Assembly (NCBI RefSeq): GCF_030028105.1
Contig: NC_092383.1
Coordinates: 86,261,921-86,325,920 of the forward strand
DNA: 64,000 nt
Direction: 5' to 3'
Source of the DNA: Mobula birostris
Lineage: Eukaryota
The position numbers and the translations under genes were made by a program. Below the pieces are notes generated by a model that worked only from the letters and a program-made list of their open reading frames with translations, was not told the DNA's origin and did not search any database. This document shows positions 34,701 through 46,696 of the stretch, one piece after another. The first letter of the stretch is position 1; each line of letters begins with the position of its first letter.

Positions 34701-35420
34701 TAGCAATCCATAGAAATGGATACATTAACAAAGGTTAAGAGACATTTTGACAGATGTGTGGATAGGAAAGGCTTAGAACAGGGCTTCACAAACTTTTTTA
34801 TGCCATGGACCTTAATTCATCAACTTCAGTTTGTTTATTTATGTGTAATTAATCTGTAGATTTCATTCTCACTTTCATAAACTATTATGCATTATGTATA
34901 CTGCAGTGCTTTGTATCTTGGTTTGGAGAAACATTGCCTCACTGGACGGTATACATGTATATAGTTAAATGACAATAAACTTGACTGGACTGGACTGGAC
35001 TTGATCCCAGGTTGGGAGCCCCTGGCAGAGAAGGATATGGAATAAATAAAATTAAATGTGCTGAACTTAGATGAACATCCTGGTTGGCTTGGACGAGTCA
35101 GGCTGAAGGGCCTGTTGTTCTAATATATATCAAAGACATTATGATTCTATACATGAGCTTCAACTGCTATGCTTAAATTTTTAAATAATTGGGGAAGAGA
35201 AATTTTTCTTTGATCTCAGGCTTGACGCATGTTCAAGAAAATCAGGAATGCTCAGTTTCCAAGATATGAGTTTGTTGAAGTTAATCATGTCAAATATGAT
35301 AAACACTAGTTGAAGAGAAACAGATTTCTCTCCCAACTGGCTCTACTTGGAAGCAGTAGCAGTGAAACCACCCGCAGCGAAAACCTTATACTTTACATCT
35401 GGGCTGGAGTAGTTTCTTAC

Positions 35421-35475
35421 CTTTGTGCGGTTGTCATCAATTCTGTCACAGTATTTTCACAGAAATCAATTCTCC
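35421..35475 (-). CDS. Unit B stalk exon 1 (GRIDFCENTVTELMTTAQ; 55 nt, phase 1-2)
   Basis: Strong acceptor TTTTATTTTATTTTCTTTTAACAG and donor AG|GTAAGA. The only stop-free frame is the one that matches the C2' phase. It is Thr-rich and has one Cys. Confidence 0.75.
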
Positions 35476-36159
35476 CTGTTAAAAGAAAATAAAATAAAAT
35501 TTCAGCTGCTTTGTACTTGCAAGAACAAGAGAGCACAGTTATTAGACCAATAGGTACTTGAACATGGTGGACCAAAGGTGATCTATTACCTGATGCACAT
35601 TTAAAGATTAAAGATGAGCTTTATTTGTCGCATGTACATCTGATCATACAGTGAAATGTATCGTTTACAACAGTTACCAACAGAGTTTGTGCTGGGGGCA
35701 GCCTGCAAGGGTTCCATGCTTCTCGCACCAAAATGGCTTCCATAGGACTTACTCATCCTAACCTGTGCATTTCTGGAACGTGGGAGGAAACTGCGGCCCC
35801 AGAGGAAACCCTCGCAGTCACTGGGAGAACATACAAACAACTTGCAAACAGTGGTGGCAATTGGACCCTGATCGCCGATCGCTGGTGCTGTAATAGTGTT
35901 ACAGTTAATTGCTGTGCTCCTGTGCAGCCAATTACATTTACTGGCAGTTTGGATACAGGGAGATAATCCAACAGGATAATGCAGGAGGTTTTCTCAATGA
36001 AAAAGCAAGGTCTTTTGTTTCTCACATCTCTTGATGTCTCTACCTCTGAGAAAAATAACTCAATCTTTCTTGAATACTGGTTCACCACATTCTGGGAGAA
36101 GAAATCTTTCCTAATCCCAGTCTTAAATGTCTCACCCTTCAGATAATTTCTAAGATTCC

Positions 36160-36590
36160 AAGCTTACTTACTTACTGTCCGTTACACCACTGGTGTTTAG
36201 GGCAGCAATGAAGGTGTCCTATCTCTGGCAGTGTTCGGGGCTTCCTTCATTGTGTCAGTAGGTCCCTCTCGGTTTTCACTGCTGTCAGTCATGCAAGTCC
36301 CAGGTAGAGACTGAGCAATACCGTCAAACTCTGATGGAGAGGAATTTTTCATTTCTGTTTCCATGACAATTTTGTTGAACCAATCAGGCTTGTCAGTCCT
36401 GAGTGAACCCCCCGAACCTGGAGGATTGGGGGACCACTCTAAGTCTGGCCCCTACCCTCTGACCTGTTCGGCATGGGTGACCCGATGAACTGCCAAAGCA
36501 TAAAGCCCTCACTCCAGCCAACGTAGCTCTCTGCGTCATTGAGGCATGCAAACCTCCAAATCTAACGACAAATTTGTGGTTCTCTTGGAG
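36160..36590 (-). mobile_element. Short retroposed element with (TAAG)n-type tail
   Basis: TTACTTACTTAC tail at ~36165 and a body unrelated to the gene units. Family not identified. Confidence 0.5.
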
Positions 36591-38076
36591 GTAAGTCTCA
36601 TTAGACTATCCTGTATTCCCTGGCATTTGAAGCATCCTACCTGCATCTGTATCACCCTGCTAAAATATTGCTCATTTCTATGTGATCACCTCTCAGCCTA
36701 CTGAACTCCATCAAATAAAAACCAATTACATTTGCTCTCTGATCTTGTGTCACTTGTGGCATTCCAGAAATCAGTCTGCTGATCCTTTGCTTGCCTTCTT
36801 CCTTAACAAGAACATCTTTCATTGAACCAAATCTGCTGACAATGCTGGTGGCCCAAGACTGAGGCTCGAGTCAATGTCTGATCGATTTAAGCTTCAGGCC
36901 AGAAAGGAAAGATCGGGTATGGGCCAAATCGAGGCGGTGAGTCCTGCGTACAAGAGCGTGTCAAAGCAGCAAGAACCCCTACCATCCAAGCTATGCTGTC
37001 TTCTTGCTGCTGTCAGTACGAAGGAGTTGCAGGGGGCTTAGATCCCATATTACCAGGTTCAGGACCAATTATTATCTGCAACCTGTAGGCTCCTGAAACA
37101 TCATGGATAAATTCACTCACCAACACTGAACTGATTCTGCAACCGATGGACTCACTTTCAAGGATTCTACAGTTCATCTTCTCAGTATTTATTTGTTTAT
37201 CTCCTTCACCTTTCCCCTTTCCCTCTCTCACCATTCTCCTAACCTGCCCATGACCTCCCCCTGGCGAGCCTCCACTTTCCCTGCTTTCCATGGCCTTCTG
37301 TCCCCTATCAGATTTCCCCTCCTCCAGCCCTTTATCGCTTTCACCAATTGACTTTCCAGCTCTTTACTTCAACCCTCCCACTCTCTCAATTTCACCTTGT
37401 ACTTCTCCATCTCCTCCCACCGACTTTCTTACGTTGACTTCTAATCTCCTTTCCTTTCCAGTCCTGATGAAGGGTCTCAGCCCGAAACGATGACTGATGA
37501 CTCTTTTCAATAGGTGTTCCCTGGCCTTCTGAGTACCTCCAGCAATTTGTGTGTAGTGCTTTGCTTTCCAGCATCTGCAGGTATTCTCTTGTTAATTATT
37601 TATCTATTATTTGTTACTTTTGTATTTGCACAATTTGTCTTATTTTGCACATTGATTGTTTGACATTTTTGATTGTGTGTAGTTTTACATTGAGTCTGTT
37701 GTATTCATTTGTATCTACTGTGAATGCCTGCAAGAAAATGGATCTCGGGGTAGTATATGGTGACAAAAACTTAATTTTCTTTCAACTTTGAAGTGATTTA
37801 TCTTGGAAGGACTATCTTAATGAATGGCCAGAAATATTACCAGATGAGATACATTCACACCCAGCCAGCGAGAGTCAGATCAGAGACAGGAGACCCTGTG
37901 CTGAGAGACTCACATTTAAACGGCTGTGCCGAAAAGCTTCTCATTCTCTGAAACGTGGTGACAACATACACTTCATGCTCCTGTGTGAAGTTCCAACAAC
38001 ACAATATCCAGCACACATCAGTCATTCAGTTGTACTCCATTGACCATCATAAAGAATCAAACCCTCCAGCACTTAC

Positions 38077-38397
38077 CCATGCTGTTGACTTCAATCACAT
38101 TTCTGCAGCTGCTGACACTGTTGGACATGGACACACTGACCACTTCACTGGACTTCTCTCCATTAATATTTGAGGCTTTGCAATAATACAGATAATTTTT
38201 GTATTTTATGGATTGGCAATGTAGATCAAGTTTATTTGTGTCAGAGATCTTTGAATCCTCAGATGGCGTCTTTTCATACCATGAGTACTGAATGGGAAGG
38301 GATCCATGGACAGACTCACAGGACACTGACACGGAGTCCCCACAATTTGAGCCATTTGTTTGTGGTGAAAATCGAAGCAAAGGAAGAGACACAGGTT
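38077..38397 (-). CDS. Unit B second C2-type Ig exon (C2', 321 nt, phase 1-1)
   Basis: Acceptor TTCTGTTCCACAG, donor GTAAGT, open frame: EPVSLPLL..NCGDSVSVSCES..YSWY..LHCQ..YYCKAS..SSCRNVIEVNSM. Confidence 0.92.
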
Positions 38398-38889
38398 CTG
38401 TGGAACAGAATTAGTGAACATCTGAAAATCAAACACAAAGATTTCAGCAGTTCTGTATCTCAACCAGGAGCCACCAGTTTGGAATCTCAGCAGCTCATCT
38501 ACTCCACTGTGTCTCGTCATCCTCACAGCTGCCAGAACGTACATGTCTGTCAGTACCTCCAAAAACAGCAGGACTCCTGATCAGATCAACAGTGGTGACA
38601 CAGAGTATGTGTCAGTATGAAATTCAGGGCTTCAGTCTCTCTCAGCAGTGGGGAAACAGTCTAAAGTGAGACCAAACAGTTTGACTCTGGAATAGCAGCA
38701 TTTGTGGATGTTCTGGAAAACTCTCCATAGGTTGAAAGCAGGAAATTGTCAGATACATACAAAATGAATGGTGACTTCATTTTGTGAAGTCAGAAAGAGA
38801 TGAGTTATACAGCTCTCGTTACATGCACGTGCAGTTCAACTCTTTGAGTGATAATGCATTATGCAGAAAGTTTAAAGTTAATAACTCAT

Positions 38890-40030
38890 CTCCTTCTACT
38901 TTAGGCCACGAACGTATCAATCACCTCTGATGTGGACCACTTTCTGGAAGTCCAAAATGCCGGCTTCTACAAAGAATGGATCTGTATGCTCCATGACTCT
39001 TTAGATGCTGGATTAGTTCCTGAGGATTGGAGGGTGGCATGTAACCCCACTTTTTAAGAAAGGAGTGAGAGAGAAATTGGGGAATTATAGAATGGTAAGC
39101 CTGACATCGGTGGTGGGGAAAATGCTAGAGTCAGTTATCAAAGGTGTGATAACAGCACTCTTGGAAAGCGGTGAAATCATCGGACAGAGTCAGCATGGAT
39201 TTGTGAAAGGAAAATCATGTCTGACGAATCTCAGAATTTTTTGAGGATGTAACTAGTAGAGTGGGTAGAGGATAACCAGTGGATGTGGTATATTTGGATT
39301 TTCAAAAGGCTTTTGACAAGGTCCCTCACAGGAGATTAGTGTGCAAACTTAAAGCATACGGTATTGGTGGTATGCTATTGATGTGGATAGAAAATTGGTT
39401 GGCAGACAGGAAGCAAAGAGTGGGAATAAATGGGACCTTTTCAGAATGGCAAGCAGTGACTAGTGGGGTACCGCAAGACTCAGTGCTGGGACCCCAGTTG
39501 TTTACAATATATATAAATGACTTAGACAAGGGAATTAAATGCAGCATCTCCAAGTTTGCGGATGACACGAGGCTGGGCGGCAGTGTTAGCTGTGAGGAGC
39601 ATGCTAAGAGGATGCAGGGTGACTTGGATAGGTTAGAAGCGGGCAATTCAGAAGTTTTCCAGATGTTCCTCTGTACTCTCATGTCCGTCTCAATCAAATC
39701 AGAATTGTGCATGGTCCCCTACTTAACAGATAACAGACATCACCATCGAAGTGGTTGTGCGTGCTGCTGTCGCGCCGCCATCTTATCCTTCTCATTAGTA
39801 AAGGCTTCATCTCCCTCTGGCTGAAGAAGTTCCTCCTCATGTCTCTTTTAAAGGGACATCTTTCCATTCTGAGTCTGTGCTTTCTGGTCCTAGATGCCCA
39901 CACTGTAGGGAACCTCTCTTCACATCCACTGGGGTTTGCAATGCTCGATAGCTTTCAATAAAATCCACCCTCATTCTTCTAAACTCCAGCACGCACAGGC
40001 CCAGAGCCTTCAAATGATGTTCATACATTC
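38890..40030. mobile_element. Rearranged CR1 fragments (RT on + to ~39630, 3' part on - to ~40030)
   Basis: ORF 39279 carries YLDFQKAFDKVPH, GVPQ and FADD. The minus-strand ORFs 39694 and 39837 match the CR1 C-terminus. Confidence 0.8.
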
Positions 40031-40897
40031 AGGGAGTTTAACATCACCTGGAATTTAACAGATGGATCCCTTTAGAATTGATATACCGAGAGTTCTTGGG
40101 AAACAAGTCCATTGCTCCCTGAAAGTGGCAACACAAGTGGACATAATGGTAATGAAAGCATTCAGCACCTTTGCCTTCTTCACTCTACATGTTGGAGGCT
40201 GAAGCTGACTGGGCATCTTGTAGCTTCATAAAACACTGATTAGGTCACATTAGGAACATAATATGTATTTCTGGTTGCAACACTATAGGAAGGATGTTGT
40301 CATTTATCAGCCTATTTTTCAATCTATTGTAGATCTCTCTGCAAGCCATGATTGCCCCCCTGACTGTGCAATACACACACAATCTTGGTGTCATCTGCAA
40401 ATTTGCTGATTCATTTTACCATATTATCATCCGGATCACTGATACAGATGCAAACAACAACAGACCCAGCACCAATCCCTGCGCTAAGCATCATTGTTGC
40501 TAACTATATTTTAATTATGTTTGCCAGCGCCCCAGTAATTTCTGTACTTGCCTCCCGTGAGGTCCAAGATAACACGTTAGCAGGCCTTGGGGATATATTC
40601 ACACTGATTTGCCTCAGGAAAGCAAACACCTCCTCCTTTAACAGGGTGACGTCTCATAGAGTTCAGAAGCAGGAAAATATACTGAGCCTTCCACTGGAAA
40701 CCAGTATCCCAACAGTGGATCAGAACTCACAGTGGATGAGAGTATTATGAGCGAGGTCTCCCCATCTTTGCACACTCGCCACAGGGTTCTGCACTGCTGT
40801 GGAGCCTCCGGATATTCCTGCTGCCCTGACTCTTCCCAGAGAAAAACTGAATCAGACATTTCGGTGGAGACAACAAATCAATCAATGAGAAACCTAC

Positions 40898-41218
40898 CAT
40901 CAGATACTTGGAGATGCACATCAAACACTGGATCATTGCCAAAGGTTGTAATTCCACATCTGTAAGGTCCTGTATCATTAGAGACAAGATTCTCCATAGT
41001 AACAGTAAATATTCCTAGGGATGTGTTATCTCTGATTGTCATTCTTCCATACTGCTCATTTGTCCCATTTGTATTCACTAACGATGTGCATTGGCGACCC
41101 CACAGGCGGCACAAATACTTTGTGTGTGAACGGTACATTGGTGCATAGTGACAATCGATTGTGACCGCTCTTCCCACAACTCCTCTTCCTTCATCTTCTG
41201 TCCATAAAGCACCTGAAA
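40898..41218 (-). CDS. Unit B second V-type Ig exon (V', 321 nt, phase 1-1)
   Basis: Acceptor TTTTCTCCCTCAG, donor GTAGGT, open frame: VSGALWTEDEG..VTIDCHY..KYLCRLWGRQC..DTGPYRCG..VHLQVSD. Confidence 0.93.
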
Positions 41219-43484
41219 CTGAGGGAGAAAATCTTCAGAAAATGGACAGGTAAAATCAAATTTACACAAGCAGGCTCAAGTTTCAAGATTATTTAATGTC
41301 ATTTCCTGTACAAACGTGTAAACTGGAATTAAATCGTTGTTATGCTGGATCTAAATGCAGCAGAAAAAAACACAAAAGATAATGAATACAATTAAAATAG
41401 CTAAAGATGTTTTATTTACAACTGACACTGTGTTACAAGGAATCTGCCACAGTGTCAATTGATATAAATAAATTCCTCACAGACAGAGAAGACAATAACA
41501 TCGTCCCTCCTCACGTGCTCCCAGCTCTTCACAAGTAGCAATTTTTATTTGATTGGAGTCATCATTGTCACTGCCCACTAATGTCTCAGTGTGTTTCCAT
41601 ATTTCTGAGTCAATAGATTACTGATCCAGTCCCACTCCTGGCAGGTGAGCCCAAGATCAGTGGGGGGTAACTTACTGGAGGCAGGATCGACCTGAATTTG
41701 CAAAGGCAAGATCTGATTTGGGATAGTCAACATGATCTTGTGCATTGGAAATCCTCCCCCAAAACTATTTGACTGAGTTTTTTTTGAGAGACGATGAAAG
41801 GACAGGACCTTAGAGATTAGCAATTTTTGTTTAGCAAGGTTTATGACCATACCTTGCATAGCAGACTGATCTGTAATGTGAGATCACATGGTAAGCTACC
41901 TGGATGGATATTGAATAGGCTTGGTGGAAGGATACAGACTGTGGTAGTGGAGTGTTGGTTTTCTGACAACATCAGACTTTATCACCAGCAATGTGCCATC
42001 AGGATCGTTGCTGTTATTTGTTAACCACTCTTATTGTCATCAATATTAATAATCTGGAATGAAACTGTAGGTGGCATGATTAATAAGTTATGGGTGAGAC
42101 AGCAGTGTGGTGGACAGTGGCAAGAGTTGTGTAAGTTTACACGAGGATCTTGAAAATGAGCCGGTGTTCAGCCCCATTATTCTGTGCCAGCAAGCTGCCC
42201 CCTCCCCACCTGAGCCTGTATTGTCTGTTTGCATTTGACCTGTCTCCCTCTCTTCTTGGTCCTACTATCAGGTGGAAGGTGCAGGAGCCTTGGGGCCCAC
42301 ACCGCAGGGTTCGTCAACAGTTGTTGTCCTGCAGCTATCAGGCTCCTGGATTGGTTTCACTCGCCTCAGCACTGAACTGACTCTGCAGCTGTGGACTCAC
42401 TTTCAGAGACTCTGCCTCTCATGTTCTATGTATTATTTGTTTACATAGTTTTATTATTTGCACGATTCATCATCGCTTGCACATTGGTTTTTTGTCAGTC
42501 TTTGTTGTGTGTGGTTTTACATGGATTCTATTGTGTTACTTTGTTTTGTGGGCAAAGGTATGGTGGATAATCACAGTCTTTATCCCAGGGTGGGGGAGTT
42601 GAAAACTAGAGACCCTCGGCTTAAGGAGTGAGGGAAAATTCTTAGAGATCCCGGAGCAGCCGTGTTTTACACACACAGCCGTGTGTGCATGGAAAAGGCT
42701 GTCAGAGGAAGTACTAGAGATGGTTACAAATACACTATTTAAAATACATTTGGACAAGTTCATATATAGGCAAGTTTTAGAAGGATACGAGACAAATGCA
42801 GTGAAATGGGAGAAGCTCAGGAAGACACTGTGGTCAGCACGGATGATTTGGGGTGAAACTCCTGCGTCCATAACCTATAACTCCCTGACTCTGCAGCATC
42901 CTCTCTAAACTGGAACATGCTTTTAAAAGGATAAATTCAGAATTCTATTTCATTGCATAGATGTGACAGCTCATGGGATCACAGCCTATCAGATTGCACT
43001 TCAATCTCAACAATCAAAGTTCAAAGTATACTTATTATCAAAGAATCTATACTATATACAACCTTGAGATTCACCTCCTTCCAGGCAATCACAAAAAAAT
43101 AGAACATCCCAATATACAGAAAAAAGAGCAAATCAAAGTAAGCAAATAACATTTGGAACTGAAATTCACAAAACTGAGGCCACAGCCAAGAAGCCAGTCA
43201 TCACTGTAGTCAATTCATGAGGCCATTAATTGCCAACCACAGCCTCAGTTCAGCGTAAAGACACGTAAACCTTCTGTGCAGCAAGCTGAACACCAGCCAT
43301 CCCTCACCTTGGACTGACATTCCTTTAGTGATTAAAAGGGAATTGAAGGTTTATTATCCTTGTTGTAATCATGAAATGCAGCAGCCTTGTTCATAGAAGG
43401 AATGGATTTCCTTCTCATGTCTCAAAGCGAGTGAGGTTTTTTATTTAACAAACAAAAACCCAATTTCAGCGGTTAGTAATTTAC

Positions 43485-43508
43485 CTGGGCTGCTCAGATA
43501 TTCAAAAG
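43485..43508 (-). CDS. Candidate 24-nt linker microexon (AFEYLSSP, phase 1-1) between C2 and V'
   Basis: TTGTCTTTGGTCGTCTCTAG acceptor, CAG|GTAAAT donor, frame-preserving. Supported by sequence only. Confidence 0.4.
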
Positions 43509-43511
43509 CTA

Positions 43512-44420
43512 GAGACGACCAAAGACAATGAGACCATTAGACATAGGAGGAGAATTAGGCCATTTGGCCTATACAGTCTGCTCCACTATTCCATCAAGGC
43601 TGACTTATTATCCCACTCAATTCCATCCTTGGCATTTCTCCCCATAATCTTTTGATGCCTTTCCTAAACAAGAAACTATTAAGTACGCTTTAAATATACT
43701 CAAATGTCTTGGCCTCAAAAGCCATGTATGGTATTGAATTCCACAGATTCAACACCCTCTGGCTACAGAAATTCCTCCTCATCTCTGTTCTAATGTACGG
43801 AGTCTGCACATCCTCCATGTGGAATGTATGGGGTCTCCCCGAGTGGTCCTGTTTCCTCCCACAGTCCAAAGACATACTCATTAGGATAACTGCTCTTTGC
43901 AGATTGCCCTGTGATTATGTTACAGTTAATTGGGTTTGTCGAGAGTTCGATCGGTGTTGTGACCCAAAGGGCTGGAAGGGCCTATTCTGTACTCTATCGG
44001 TAAATAAATAAAATAAAGGGATGCCCTTGCATTCTGAGGCTGATTTTTCAGGATGATTTCCCCATAAGGAAACCACTTTTGATCATATACCTCCAAATAC
44101 CCCAAAATCCTGTTCTTAATAATAGACTCCCACATCTTCACAACCACTAAAGTCAGGCTAACTGGTTGACAATTTCCTTCCTTTCGCCTCCCTCCTTTCT
44201 TAAAGAGTGTGGTGATACTTCCAATTTTCCAATCCTTTGAACATTCCAGTCTAATTATTCTTGAAAGATCACCACTAATGCCTTCATGATTTCTTTAAAT
44301 AACTCTTTCAGAAACTTGGGATGTAGTACATCTGGTCCAAATGACTCATCTACTTTCAGATCCCTCAGCTTCTCAAGCACGTTTTGCTTAGTAATAGCAA
44401 CAACACTCATCTCTGCCCCT
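43512..44420 (-). mobile_element. Degenerate CR1 fragments (3' end and RT) with a nested short repeat at ~43800-44010
   Basis: Antisense CR1 3' end (CCATTAGACATAGGAGGAGAATTAGGCCATT). ORF 44255-44524 contains VDESFGPDVLHPKFLKE. Confidence 0.75.
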
Positions 44421-44787
44421 GCCATTGCCAAATTTCTGTCATTCCCACTAATATTTGCAATATTATAAGTCCTTCCTTTTGCTTTTATGAGAATCAGAAG
44501 TCGATACCAGTCTGGACTTTTCAATGTGAAGCCAGAAGTATTAATGGAATGCTCTCAATTTGTCGAGATGCGCAAGTCCAACTATGTTTGAGATGCTCCA
44601 TATCTTCCAGGAGCAAGTGACAGACTTAACTGTTCACTGCACTTTAGTTCTACCCCATGGATGCTGCAATGTGCAGCTTCTACAAATGCAAACAAATTCC
44701 TTACCCTCACTAGAGGTATAAGAGCAGCAGTAACAGAGTAATAAAAAGAAATATTTAAATGTATCCTCCCTTGAAATTAGAACTTAC

Positions 44788-45108
44788 CGCTGCCATTGAT
44801 TTCTGTCACGTAACTGCAGATATCTCTGTTGTTGAAGACTGTCGCAGTAACCATTGCACTGGATCTTGCTCCAAGCCGATTTGAGGCACTGCAGTAATAT
44901 TGCTGGTGTGTGTGCTTGAAGGATTGACAATGCAGAGTCAGTTCATGGGTATCTGAGATCTTCGGATACCCAGATGAGGTTTGTTCATACCATCTGTATT
45001 GAATGGGAAGGGATCCCTGGAAGGACTCACAGGAAAGTGACACTGAGCCCCCGAGACGTGAGACATTTGCTGGTGACAGATATCGAATCACAGGAACAGA
45101 CACGAGTT
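44788..45108 (-). CDS. Unit B first C2-type Ig exon (321 nt, phase 1-1)
   Basis: Acceptor TTTCCCACAG, donor GTAAGT, open frame, paralog of 4069-4389. Confidence 0.92.
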
Positions 45109-45160
45109 CTGTGGGAAAGAATTAAACATTCAGACACTGAATGAACATCTGAAAATCAGA

Positions 45161-45700
45161 CACTCTTCTGTCACTTTATTACGTACAAATATTAACCTGA
45201 TCATTAATACAAATATCTAATCAGTCAATCAGACGATCAGCAACTCAACTCATCAAAGCATGCAGAAATATTCAAGAGTTTCAGTCAATGTTAGGCCAAA
45301 GTCAGAATGCGGAAGTATTGTGATCTAAGTACCTTTGAGCATGCAATTATTGCTGGTGCCAGACGGGGTAGTAAATATCTAAGGCACTACTATCCTCCTG
45401 GGATTTTCACACACAACTGTCTCTAGAGTTTAGTGAGAATGGTACGAACAACATGATAAAACATCCAGAGAGCAGCAATTCTGTGAACAAAAGTGCTTTA
45501 TTAATGAAAGAGGTCAGAGGAGAATGGCCAGACATGTTCATGCTGACAGAAAGGTGACGGGAATTCAAATAACCGTGGGTTATGACAGCGGTGTGCTGAA
45601 GAGCATCTGAAGGTACAACACGTCAAAGCTCGAAGTGGATGAGCCACAGAAGCAAGAGACCATGAACATCCACTCAGTGGCCACTCTGTTATGTTCAGGA
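45161..45700 (+). mobile_element. Tc1-type derivative in the V-C2 intron of unit B, at the same position as 4441-4993
   Basis: Same left end ACACTCTTCTGTCACTTTATT and same internal structure as the unit A copy. Confidence 0.8.
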
Positions 45701-45912
45701 GGTTTAAAGGCAGCAACTTGTGAGATATCTGTCACATGTTTGGAGGCTTTCAGGAGAGAATGAAATTGTAACTGGGTTCAGTGACCTGCCGTATAGAGGG
45801 AGACATTTGGTACTGATATTAATGCAGAGATAGTGAGGGATGGACAGTGTCTGGCAAAGATCATGAGACTTTTATTTTATGGAATGCACAAATCAATCAC
45901 TGAGAAACCTAC

Positions 45913-46233
45913 CATCATTTACTGTTAGTTCTAAATTAAATCTTGTATCGAGACCTGGTGTTGTAATTCCACAGCTGTACCATCCTGAATCTCCAGAGTG
46001 AAGATCTTCCATAGTAACAGTAAATATTCTCCGTTCCGGGTTATCTGTGATTGACACTCGTCCACTCCGTCTGTGCTGCTCATTTGTTTCCACTAAAACT
46101 GAACAATGGAGATTCCATCCATGGCACCAATACTTTGTGTGTGAGCGGTACTTTTCTTCATAGTGACAATCGATTGTGATCGCTCTTCCCACAACTCCTC
46201 TTACAGATTTCTCTGCCCACAATGCACCTGAAA
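45913..46233 (-). CDS. Unit B first V-type Ig exon, CD300/pIgR-like (321 nt, phase 1-1)
   Basis: Open frame with the same splice sites as the unit A V exon: KYWCHGWNLHC and DSGWYSCG. Confidence 0.95.
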
Positions 46234-46659
46234 CTGAGGGAGGCATTGTCAGATGTGAGGGAAAGGAACAATTTAATACAACAATTATTTTTCAACATGA
46301 CGGTAAAAGCAGGTGCAGGTCATGTACAGCATGTGTTCCATGACAACACAGCCAATGATTTTTGTGTGAAGTGCAGTCAGTGCTGTTACTGTGTCAGCCG
46401 TGTCAGTGATCTCTCTTCCCTGTGTCGGTACATTGTGGGTTCACTTCCCACTCCAGAATCCTGAGCAGAAACCCAGGGCTGATCTTCCAGTGCACTGCTG
46501 GGGGAGAGCCGTAGTGTAGCTAGAGGGTGTTGACTCTATGGAATTCAATACCATACACAGCTTTTGAGGCCATGAAAGTGTTCAACTTTCAGTTGCTTCA
46601 GAATATGTCAGCCTTTGAAATGTCCACAGAGCTTCCAGCTATTTCATAAGATGCTCCCA

Positions 46660-46663
<4 letters not shown>

Positions 46664-46693
<30 letters not shown>
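46664..46693. repeat. (TG)15 microsatellite
   Basis: Perfect dinucleotide run. The paralogous position in unit A (6034-6046) has only about (TG)6. Confidence 0.95.

Positions 46694-46696
<3 letters not shown>

Noticed and set aside
36640-36665. Mini-exon-like AG...GTAGGA between C2' and stalk 1
   Set aside because: Both possible acceptors give a TGA immediately in the incoming phase and do not preserve frame.
41670-41715. GTAAGT donor with upstream AGs as a leader or linker exon for V'
   Set aside because: The peptide is not signal-like, and the 16-nt and 37-nt candidates exit in phase 2, incompatible with the phase-1 V' exon.
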